A stretch of DNA of 64,000 nt from Deltaproteobacteria bacterium (GTDB lineage Bacteria > Desulfobacterota > Binatia > Binatales > Binataceae). The DNA lies in assembly GCA_021831785.1 (NCBI GenBank), contig JAKBMB010000025.1, positions 2,377-66,376 of the forward strand. Direction: 5' to 3'. Position numbers and translations under genes: made by a program. The notes under the pieces are model-generated. The model saw only the letters and a list, made by a program, of their open reading frames with translations, was not told where the DNA came from and made no database searches. Below, piece after piece: positions 1 to 7,746 of this stretch; the stretch's first letter is position 1, and each line of letters opens with the position of its first letter.

Positions 1-203
1 TGATGAAGTTTGAGCCCGGGGCTCGCCTAGGGCCCCATGAATACGCGGCCGGCGCCGAGATTCTAGTGCTCGAAGGCACTCTGGCAGACGAGCAAGGACG
101 CTATTTGCAAGGAACATGGCTGCGAAACCCGCCCCACAGCGTCGCTACGTTTGTTTCCGAATCAGGCTGCGTGATCTTTATCAAGACCGGCGGCTTGAAC
201 TAA
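1..203 (+). CDS. ChrR-like cupin domain protein, 5'-truncated at window edge
   Basis: PHEYAAGAEILVLEGTLADEQGRYLQGTWLRNPPHSVAT resembles the cupin_7/ChrR motif pair; TAA at 201-203. Confidence 0.7.
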   Translation, partial: MKFEPGARLGPHEYAAGAEILVLEGTLADEQGRYLQGTWLRNPPHSVATFVSESGCVIFIKTGGLN

Positions 204-481
204 TCCGGCAGCGTTGCCCTAAAGCGCGCGTTCGCGCAGCCTCACGTGTCCGGCAGCGATCTTCTGTCGAGCGCTTGCAGGGTTGTCGGAATATTTCGCT
301 TAACGCGTTTGGTGTTGGCCGGGTTCGCTGGCGATTATCTCGCTCACGCGGCTCAAGTTAAAGCCTGCGGCAAGACGCCTGGCCCGCCGTGCTTCGCCCC
401 CGGTTATGGCAGCTTTCCTGTCCGGCCTCTGCTGATCGCGCGGACGACGGCACGCTCCCGAAGCCCAGTAGCGGCGAAGGC

Positions 482-1507
482 ATGGCGCGGCGCGAAGCGC
501 TTTCGCGAAAAGAACGTTCGGCGCCAAGCCCGCGCGCGCTCTCGCGGGGAGATTTTTTAGCGCTCGCCGCGCGCGGGCTTGGCGCCGCGATGCTGGCCGG
601 CGTGGCCGCAGCGGTGAGCACAGAGACGGCGCGGGCCTCGGCAGGTTCGAAGGACGGGACGATGAAACGATCGAATACGCTGATGATAACGCGAGCGATC
701 CCCAAAACCGGTGAGCCGCTGGCGGTGATCGGGCTCGGCACGTGGCAGACTTTCGATATCGGCAATGACCCTGCGACCCGAGGCAGGCTCGCGGAGGTGC
801 TGCGAGCGCTGTTCGCGGGCGGGGGTAAGGTTATCGACAGCTCGCCGATGTACGGCCGAGCCGAGGGTGTGGTCGGCGACCTGTTGGCCCAGCTCCACGC
901 GCGCAGCTCGGCCTTTCTCGCGACCAAAGTATGGACGACCGGGCAGCAGGCGGGAATCGAGCAGATGCAGCGCTCGTTCGAACTGCTCCGGACCCGCACG
1001 ATCGACCTGATGCAGATTCACAATTTGTTGGACTGGCGCGCGCATCTTTCGGCGCTGCGCCGGATGAAGGACGCCGGGCAAATTAGATATATCGGCATCA
1101 CTCACTACACCGCGTCGGCGCTGCCGGAGTTGGCCGAGATTATCGAGCGCGAGCAAATCGATTTCGTCCAATGCGCCTATTCGATCGAGGAGCGCGATGC
1201 GGAAAAACGGCTGTTGCCGCTGGCGGCCGAGCGCCGCGTCGGGGTTATCGTCAACCGGCCGTTCGGCGGCGGCGGTTTGTTTTCCCGCGCGCGCGCCGTC
1301 GCCCTGCCGCCGTGGGCGGCGGAATTCGGATGCAGCAGTTGGGCCCAGTTCCTTCTGAAGTTCATCCTGTCGAATCCAGCGGTGACCTGCGTGATTCCGG
1401 CGACGGCCAACCCCGAGCATCTGGCCGATAATTTAAGCGCCGGGTACGGACGTTTGCCCGACGCCGCCGAGCGCCAGCGCATGGTCAGGTTATGGGATTC
1501 CATCTGA
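482..1507 (+). CDS. Aldo/keto reductase with Tat-like N-terminal extension
   Basis: IGLGTWQ, IDSSPMYG (catalytic Asp/Tyr), LATKVW, IDLMQIHN, RYIGITHY, VIPATANPEH motifs; start uncertain (482, or 662 without the signal). Confidence 0.9.
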   Translation: MARREALSRKERSAPSPRALSRGDFLALAARGLGAAMLAGVAAAVSTETARASAGSKDGTMKRSNTLMITRAIPKTGEPLAVIGLGTWQTFDIGNDPATRGRLAEVLRALFAGGGKVIDSSPMYGRAEGVVGDLLAQLHARSSAFLATKVWTTGQQAGIEQMQRSFELLRTRTIDLMQIHNLLDWRAHLSALRRMKDAGQIRYIGITHYTASALPELAEIIEREQIDFVQCAYSIEERDAEKRLLPLAAERRVGVIVNRPFGGGGLFSRARAVALPPWAAEFGCSSWAQFLLKFILSNPAVTCVIPATANPEHLADNLSAGYGRLPDAAERQRMVRLWDSI

Positions 1508-1714
1508 GCGACGAATTGGACAACCGAACCACAGCAAGGGCGCGCCATTCTTATACAGTCGGCGACACCAAGCGGTTGCCGCTCGGAGCGCGCGCAGCTT
1601 GACCGCGGGCGCGAGTTCGACCAAATTCTTTGTTAAGCTCGGAGTACCGTTACCACCGCGCCGTAATTCAGGTGCTGGCAAAGGCCCGGTGCAAATATCC
1701 GAGGAGGGGGGAAG

Positions 1715-2146
1715 ATGGCTAAGATTTACGTGAGCTCGGTGATCGACGCGCCGGTCGACAAAGTATGGGCGGTCGTGCGCGGTTTCAACGATTTGCCAAA
1801 GTGGCTCCCGGCGTTCGTTGACAGCCACATCGAGAGCGGTCTACCCGCCGACGCGGTGGGCTGCGTGCGTAACTTCAACCTAAAGGAGGGCGGCAACATC
1901 CGCGAGCGCCAACTGGCGCTCTCTGACGCGGAGTATTTTTGCACATACGGCATCGTGTCGGCGCCGCTGCCGGTAGAAAATTACGTGGCGACGCTGCGCC
2001 TGAGACCGGTCACTGACGGCAACCGGACCTTCGCCGAATGGACGGCCGAGTTCGACTCGCCCAAGCCCGAGGAAATGATCGAGACCATCGGCAACGGCGT
2101 TTTTCAAGGAGGGTTCGACGCTCTCAAACAGCGCTTCAAGCGTTAG
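1715..2146 (+). CDS. SRPBCC (polyketide cyclase/START-like) family protein
   Basis: SSVIDAPVDKVWAVVRGFNDLPKW...GCVRNF...IRERQLALSD; GGAGG RBS upstream. Confidence 0.88.
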   Translation: MAKIYVSSVIDAPVDKVWAVVRGFNDLPKWLPAFVDSHIESGLPADAVGCVRNFNLKEGGNIRERQLALSDAEYFCTYGIVSAPLPVENYVATLRLRPVTDGNRTFAEWTAEFDSPKPEEMIETIGNGVFQGGFDALKQRFKR

Positions 2147-2264
2147 CCATACGGAGCGCGCCGCTTGAGGTGTAGCGCGGCGCGGCGGGCCCGAAAAACA
2201 TCGAGAATGCCGGGAGTTAGCGTCGAGGTCAAACCCGTGCGTGGTCGTTTGCCGCTCGCGGCAT

Positions 2265-2684
2265 TCATCGCTCCGCCGGCGCTTCGCGAAGGCGTCCGTT
2301 TGACTCCATCAGGGGACAGAGTTGGTGGTCGGTCCGGGCTGCCGGCCGTTTGCGCACCAATGTGCGCAGTTGGTGGGCAAGCGCTTCGAGCTCACGAATC
2401 CTGCGATCGACGTCTTCGAGACGACGGCGGGCAAGTTCCTGCACGCGACGGCACGGCTGCTCGCCCCGGCCGGCAAGCTGGAGCAATTCCTTTATCTCCG
2501 CGAGCGTCATGCCGAATGCCTGGGCCCGCTGTATAAAGTTCAACCGCCCGAGCGCGTCTTTGCTATAGACGCGATAGCCGTTGGGAAGGCGAGAGGGACG
2601 TGGCAGGATGTGATGGCTTTCGTAATAGCGAATCGTAGAGGCTCGAAGACCCGCCTCTCGCGCAACTTTGCCAATCGTCAACAT
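2265..2684 (-). CDS. MerR-family heavy-metal-responsive regulator
   Basis: LTIGKVAREAGLRASTIRYYE HTH, NGYRVY, FIQRAQAFGMTLAEIKELL, Cys at start of the dimer helix (QPC) and C-terminal LCPL. Confidence 0.92.
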   Translation of the reverse strand: MLTIGKVAREAGLRASTIRYYESHHILPRPSRLPNGYRVYSKDALGRLNFIQRAQAFGMTLAEIKELLQLAGRGEQPCRRVQELARRRLEDVDRRIRELEALAHQLRTLVRKRPAARTDHQLCPLMESNGRLREAPAER

Positions 2685-2829
2685 GGCTCGCACCTATGCA
2701 AAATCTCAATTTATGTGCCCACCACACCTTACCTGGACAGCGCTGAACCACGAAAGTTCGCTGTCGAGTAATAAACCGGACGTATGAGAGCGGGACGGTC
2801 CGGCACACGGACCGTCCCGCCTCGGCCTG

Positions 2830-2976
2830 TCAGCCGACTTTCTTCATTTCCTTTCCGCAACAGCATCGGGGGGCGTATGTGCCGCGGCAGCCGGGGTCGG
2901 CGCCCTTGGTCACCTCGATTGCACAGCCGCAGTTCGGATCCGGACACTCATATTTTTCCCCTTTTACTAATGGCAT
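2830..2976 (-). CDS. Small Cys-rich metallothionein-like protein, 48 aa (not in ORF track)
   Basis: Hand translation MPLVKGEKYECPDPNCGCAIEVTKGADPGCRGTYAPRCCCGKEMKKVG; 7 Cys; strong SD AAGGAGGTG 7 nt before ATG; pattern C-x4-CxC...CxCG resembles mycobacterial MymT. Confidence 0.8.
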   Translation of the reverse strand: MPLVKGEKYECPDPNCGCAIEVTKGADPGCRGTYAPRCCCGKEMKKVG

Positions 2977-3027
2977 GTCGATTCACCTCCTTGGAATCAC
3001 GTTGCCGGTGTCAATTTTCGTCAGGTC

Positions 3028-3636
3028 TCAAAAGCCCATTACCAGCGGCAGCACGTAGGCCACGCTGAAGCCCGCAAGCCAGATCGCCGCCGAGCACCAC
3101 ACTGCGACGCGGCTGAGCCTGCTCACTGTGTTACAGGCGCTCAGGCCGTCGATCCCGCAGGTCACGCCCCGCGCGCGCAATCGCGGCGCGACGCCGTAGA
3201 CGTAGACGAGGTTGCCTAAAATGAGCGCGCCCGCAAGCGCAAAGACCAGCTTTTTGTGATGTGAAAGCGCCACCAGCCAAGAGACGTTCGAGACCAATGG
3301 CGCCCAAGTTGCTCCGAGCCCGAGCATCACGAGCGCCAGCGGGAGCGCGCAGCACAGAATCGTTCCGAGCGAAGTGAAAAGCGCCGGCACCGATAGCGAG
3401 ACCTGCAGATCGGGCGTGATTCCGTATGCCAGCATGGTGCGGAACATGCTCCCGGAGCCCGCTCCGCCTCCCGTTCCCATAAAGCTCGTATCGAGGCTCC
3501 ATCCGTCTTCAACGTTGGTCGGCGTGCTAAGTCCGAACACCGGACCATGGCCGTTGGCCAAGGCCGCGCGAGGCCCCATGAGCAGCACGCACAATCCAAC
3601 AAGAAACGCCGTCTGGTCCGCTCTTCTAGTTGTCAT
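3028..3636 (-). CDS. MerT/MerF-like metal transport membrane protein with an unrelated signal-peptide-bearing N-terminus (possible chimera)
   Basis: C-terminal half has LFTSLGTILCCALP, 3-4 hydrophobic segments and a C-x7-C loop; N-terminal half has a signal peptide then NGHGPVFGLSTPTN; ATG at 3636 preferred over the ORF-track start. Confidence 0.65.
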   Translation of the reverse strand: MTTRRADQTAFLVGLCVLLMGPRAALANGHGPVFGLSTPTNVEDGWSLDTSFMGTGGGAGSGSMFRTMLAYGITPDLQVSLSVPALFTSLGTILCCALPLALVMLGLGATWAPLVSNVSWLVALSHHKKLVFALAGALILGNLVYVYGVAPRLRARGVTCGIDGLSACNTVSRLSRVAVWCSAAIWLAGFSVAYVLPLVMGF

Positions 3637-3659
3637 CGGCGCCGGCGCTGCGCGGCATC

Positions 3660-3953
3660 CTAAAGCCGCAACCACCAAAGCAGGGCAACCATCGCGGTTG
3701 ACCACCACACAATCCACTTCGACCAGCGCGGCCCGTGGCCACGCCACGCGCTCAGATAGAGAGCGCGCAACATGAACCCGATCGAGGCGCCGAGCAGGAC
3801 GTACTGCGGCCATCCGGCGAGCCATCGCCACGCCGCCATCGCAAACCCCGCTAGCCCGAGCAGGGAAAGCATCGCCGGCAGAATTCAGCGCCACGGCAGC
3901 GCAGCCGCCACGGCGCCGAGACCGAGATCTGCGATGTCCCTGAGCCCGCCCAT
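3660..3953 (-). CDS. Small MerT-like membrane protein with in-frame TGA at codon 23 (selenoprotein or pseudogene)
   Basis: MGGLRDIADLGLGAVAAALPWR*ILPAMLSLLGLAGF...; TGA at 3887-3885 is in frame with ORF 3660..3872 and falls where MerT-type proteins carry the CC-x-LP motif. Confidence 0.6.
3846..3865 (-). promoter_or_regulatory. Candidate bacterial SECIS hairpin
   Basis: CCCUGCU-CGGGCU-AGCGGGG, 7-bp stem starting 19 nt after the UGA, with G at the second loop position. Confidence 0.4.
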
Positions 3954-3959
3954 GCAGCG

Positions 3960-3991
3960 AGCCTAGACCTTGAACCTAGGTTTAAGGTCAA
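3960..3991 (-). promoter_or_regulatory. MerR-type promoter/operator
   Basis: TTGACC-20 nt-TAGGCT with near-perfect 22-bp palindrome ACCTTAAACCTAGGTTCAAGGT (3967-3988) in the over-long spacer. Confidence 0.85.
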
Positions 3992-4393
3992 CACCGCACG
4001 GACCGCTCTGCGCGCTGCGCTATTTCGCAATGAGCGGCCTATCGCCGGCCTTTGAGCGAGCGCCACTCGCCGAACCGCCGCCCGCCCGGCCGCTCCGTCA
4101 GGTGACCCTCCGTTAGCAAAAGCCGGTCGAAGGCCGCCTCCTTGTCCCGTTGGCATGAGGGGCGCTCATTGCAGACAACAACAGCTCGCCGCAGCCGCCG
4201 GGCGCCTTGCGCGTGCCGGATTGCCGAGGGAAAGCATTGCGCGGGCGACGATCGCCGGTTGCCTTCAGAGCCGTTAGAGGTTAAGGCGCCTTTGCATTTG
4301 GAGGCGACATCATTTAGTCTGGCTATGCGTAAAGGGCCGTTAGGTTTCAAAACGTTGTGGAAAAAAAATGACACAAGGGCGCGGATTTCGAAC

Positions 4394-4858
4394 ATGAAAG
4401 AACGAGCCTGGGTTAGCGTGGTTTGGCGCGGGATGGGCGCGATCGCCGTCGTCGCCTGTGTGCATGGGAAAGCGTGGGCGCTCCAATCGCGTGGCTGCGT
4501 GACGATTGCGGATTGCCGGGTGGCGGCATTTAGCGCCCCTGAGGGTCGCAAACCGCCGGCGTTGCAGCGTATAGCTCAGGCCCAGCCGGGGGGTCTTTTA
4601 TCTGGGCACGTGACCCAACCGGCGCAGTCCGGCGCGATCGAAGTTGGATCGCAGCCTCGTGAGGGCCTTCTCGCAGGCGCGCCCAACGCCGCAACCAGCG
4701 CGGCCGAGGTGCAAAGCCAGGTTGTCCCCGAGCCGGGCCAGCCGCCACGCGGCCTGTTGGCCGGCGCGATCAGAGGAAATGAAGCCGCGCCTGGAGGAAC
4801 GGGCGTTGCTGCGCCGTCCGGCCGCGGCCTGCTAGCAGGCGCGATCAGGGGAAATTAA
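4394..4858 (+). CDS. Hypothetical exported protein with repeated GLLAG motif
   Basis: Signal-peptide-like N-terminus ending AWA; GGLLSG, EGLLAGA and RGLLAGAIRGN x2. Confidence 0.45.
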   Translation: MKERAWVSVVWRGMGAIAVVACVHGKAWALQSRGCVTIADCRVAAFSAPEGRKPPALQRIAQAQPGGLLSGHVTQPAQSGAIEVGSQPREGLLAGAPNAATSAAEVQSQVVPEPGQPPRGLLAGAIRGNEAAPGGTGVAAPSGRGLLAGAIRGN

Positions 4859-5035
4859 ACCCGCACCGAGACAAACCAGCGCCGATACACCGGCTACGCT
4901 CGTCTGCCGGGGTTTCACCAAGAACGAAGAGCGGCCGCCCGACCTAACGGGAGGCGCACTCGTCGGGCGCGGCGGGTCTTCAGCGCCCCTGCCGGAGCGG
5001 CAGCCGCAAGCCCGCCGCCGTATTCTCGGTGCGAG

Positions 5036-5446
5036 ATGGGGAGCTTTCATTTTTACCGCCGAAAGGAGATTTTCCCGGGGGTTAGGGTAAATCTCTCGAA
5101 GTCGGGGCCGTCGCTCACCTTTGGCGCCGCAGGCTTTCATCTTACGGTCGGCCCGCGTGGCGTGAGGAGAACGATCGGAATCCCGGGCAGCGGGCTCTAT
5201 TACACCTCCAGCGCCGGCTACCACAGCGGAATTCATAGCGCGCATCGTGAGGCGGAAGAACCCGGCCTAAAGCTCCGTCACCTGGTCTGGACGTGGCTCA
5301 TCTTGTGGGCGGCGCTGCTTTTCGCAGGCCAGCCACAACTGAGTGCCTACGTGACGGTATACGGATTTTTGGCGATCCTGGTCGGCTGGCCTCTATACAA
5401 GCTTTTGCGCCGGTTTCTCGCCGCTCGTCCCGAACGCGCGCCGTAA
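5036..5446 (+). CDS. DUF4236 domain membrane protein
   Basis: FYRRKEIFPGVRVNLSKSGPSLTFG...GIPGSGLYY signature followed by two TM segments. Confidence 0.85.
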   Translation: MGSFHFYRRKEIFPGVRVNLSKSGPSLTFGAAGFHLTVGPRGVRRTIGIPGSGLYYTSSAGYHSGIHSAHREAEEPGLKLRHLVWTWLILWAALLFAGQPQLSAYVTVYGFLAILVGWPLYKLLRRFLAARPERAP

Positions 5447-5592
5447 CTCCGCGGCCCGTTCTCGGTTTCGTGGGGGGCCTTCCGCCGCGCGAGCAATTGG
5501 CCGGCGCGCCAAGTTCGCCGGTCGGGGTCAGGTTAACGTGCGCCTCGTCGAGTTTGGCCAACGATGGGGACCGGGTAATCAGAGGCCGGCGT

Positions 5593-7746
5593 TCAAGGCT
5601 TGGTTTTCAAGGCGGCAATTAGGTGCTCGGCAAGGCCGGAGTGACGATCGATCTTGCGGCCTGCCGCAGCACGTATCAGTCTCTCCTCGCCGGCCAGGAC
5701 GACCGAGCTTCGGCTTCGGGTGAGCGCCGTATAAAGCAGTTCCCGCGTAAGCAGGGGAAGGTCTTCGTTGGGCATGATAAGCGCGACCTTGTGGAATTCC
5801 GAGCCCTGCGCCTTGTGCACCGTCATCGCATAGCAGAGCTCCACCGACCCGCTGAGAGTTTCCAAAGGGAACGTTTTGAAAGCGTCTTGGCGCGGAAAGA
5901 CGGCAGCTGGGAACGACCTGTCGCTCGGAGTGCGGCGCACCGTAAGCACGATTCCTTGGTCGCCGTTGAAAAGACCGCGCGCGTAGTCGTTATGCAGCGC
6001 CATTATCGGCTCGCCCGGCAAAAGCGCAAAGCGTTCAGGCGGTTTGCTCGCTTGTCGAGCGGCGCGAGCGTGCAGCACGGCGTTTACGCGTTCGGAACCG
6101 GTCGCCAAAACCCGCGTCACGCATAAAAGCCGCGCGCTTTGCAGATAGTTGAACAGCGGCCTTAGGCGGGCCGACTCCGCTCGATCAAGCGCGTCGGATT
6201 CGACCACGCTATAAACGCTTTGCGCTAGCGACTGCATGCGCGCGTCGCCTTGGACCTGCGCGGTGTACCATCGGTCCAGGAACGCGTCAATGTCAACCGC
6301 GCCGGCACTCAGCAATTCGACGCCGCGGTAGGCGAGTTCGTCCGGCGAAACGCGCCTGATGACCGACGATTCCCCGTTGAGCCACGGGGCGCTGTCCTCG
6401 TCGGGCGGGCCGGCATTAATCGCTTGGGCGAAGGCCAAGATTTCCTGCCCCGCCGCTTGCGCCTCATCCACGCGATAATTTCGTTTGAGCTTCACGCTCG
6501 CGCCGCAGGCCGACGCGGCGCGCACATGGTCTTCGGCGCCTCGTCCGCGGCGCCGGAGATGCGCGCCGACTTGTATTAAATTTCGAAACACTGCGCCGGC
6601 GGCCACGGACGGAAGTTGTTCCTCGTCGCCCAGAAGAATTAACCGCGCATCTACGCCAAGCGCATCAGCTAGCGCCCGCATCAGATCGAGATCGACCATC
6701 GACACCTCGTCGACGATTACAACCGACGCCGATAGCGGATTGTTGTGATGATGCCGAAAGCGCCCGCGGCTGGGCGAGTAAGCGAGCAAGCGATGAAGCG
6801 TCCGCGGTTCGGGCCGCTCGGACCGCAGCGCCGCGTCGTGTTCATCCGGCTCCTCGACTGCGCCGAGCATCTGCTCAAGTGCCTCGCCCATTCGATAGGC
6901 GGCTTTTCCGGTCGGCGCGGCAAGCGCGATGTTCTCGGCGCCGACGCCGATTCGCGCGAACAGCCGCAAGATCGCCGCGACGATCGAAGTCTTGCCGGTT
7001 CCCGGCCCGCCCGAGATTACCGTGATCCTAAAGCTGGCCGCCGCCGCCACCGCCGCTTTTTGCTCGTCCGAGAGTTTCAACGCCCTCCCCTGCCTTACCG
7101 GCGGCCGCTTCAGCACGTCTTGCAGCGCTGCTTGAAGCTGCGGTTGGTCAACCGTCAAAGGCTGCTGTCTCAGTGTTGCGGCCAATCGCTGCGCCAGCGA
7201 AACCTCGGCTTTGTAGACGCGCTGATGGTAGACGTACGGCCGTAAATAAAGCAGGGGCGCGTATGAATCCGGGTCGTGGCCGACTACGCTCGAAGCTTTG
7301 CCGGATTCCAGCAGCGATTTGATCGCGCCGGCGACGTCCCCCAATCCGGCTGCGTTGGAGCTCTCGCCGCATAGCTCGGCTGCGATTTGACGCAGCGCTT
7401 GCCTGCCTTCGCGCGTGCCGATCGGGAGTCGCGAGCTTCCCTGGTTGAGCGCGGCAAGCGAGATTACGCACAGCACGATCAGCGCCAGGCGCCGCTTGGG
7501 GTCAAGGCCGGGTTCGAGCGAGGCGATTTCGCACGCCAGGTGAACCGCGTCCGGGGATAGATTGAAGCCTCCGGCGCGCTCTTCAAGCTCGCGCAAGCAT
7601 CGGACAAAGCCGTCTGCGGGAGCGGCCGGCGATTGCATGTTCTCTCCGGCGGGCTCGCCTCTCCGCTCTAGCCATCCCCACGCAGCTCGTGCTCCGACGG
7701 GCGGCCGGAAATCTCGTTCGGATGGGGATTGTCCGAAGAAGGTCAT
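5593..7746 (-). CDS. recD: Exodeoxyribonuclease V alpha subunit
   Basis: ISGGPGTGKT, LAAPTGKAA, TLHRLL, VDEVSMVD, LLGDEEQLPSV, NGDQG, AMTVHKAQGSEF, RELLYTALTR; overlaps the recB stop. Confidence 0.95.
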   Translation of the reverse strand: MTFFGQSPSERDFRPPVGARAAWGWLERRGEPAGENMQSPAAPADGFVRCLRELEERAGGFNLSPDAVHLACEIASLEPGLDPKRRLALIVLCVISLAALNQGSSRLPIGTREGRQALRQIAAELCGESSNAAGLGDVAGAIKSLLESGKASSVVGHDPDSYAPLLYLRPYVYHQRVYKAEVSLAQRLAATLRQQPLTVDQPQLQAALQDVLKRPPVRQGRALKLSDEQKAAVAAAASFRITVISGGPGTGKTSIVAAILRLFARIGVGAENIALAAPTGKAAYRMGEALEQMLGAVEEPDEHDAALRSERPEPRTLHRLLAYSPSRGRFRHHHNNPLSASVVIVDEVSMVDLDLMRALADALGVDARLILLGDEEQLPSVAAGAVFRNLIQVGAHLRRRGRGAEDHVRAASACGASVKLKRNYRVDEAQAAGQEILAFAQAINAGPPDEDSAPWLNGESSVIRRVSPDELAYRGVELLSAGAVDIDAFLDRWYTAQVQGDARMQSLAQSVYSVVESDALDRAESARLRPLFNYLQSARLLCVTRVLATGSERVNAVLHARAARQASKPPERFALLPGEPIMALHNDYARGLFNGDQGIVLTVRRTPSDRSFPAAVFPRQDAFKTFPLETLSGSVELCYAMTVHKAQGSEFHKVALIMPNEDLPLLTRELLYTALTRSRSSVVLAGEERLIRAAAGRKIDRHSGLAEHLIAALKTKP

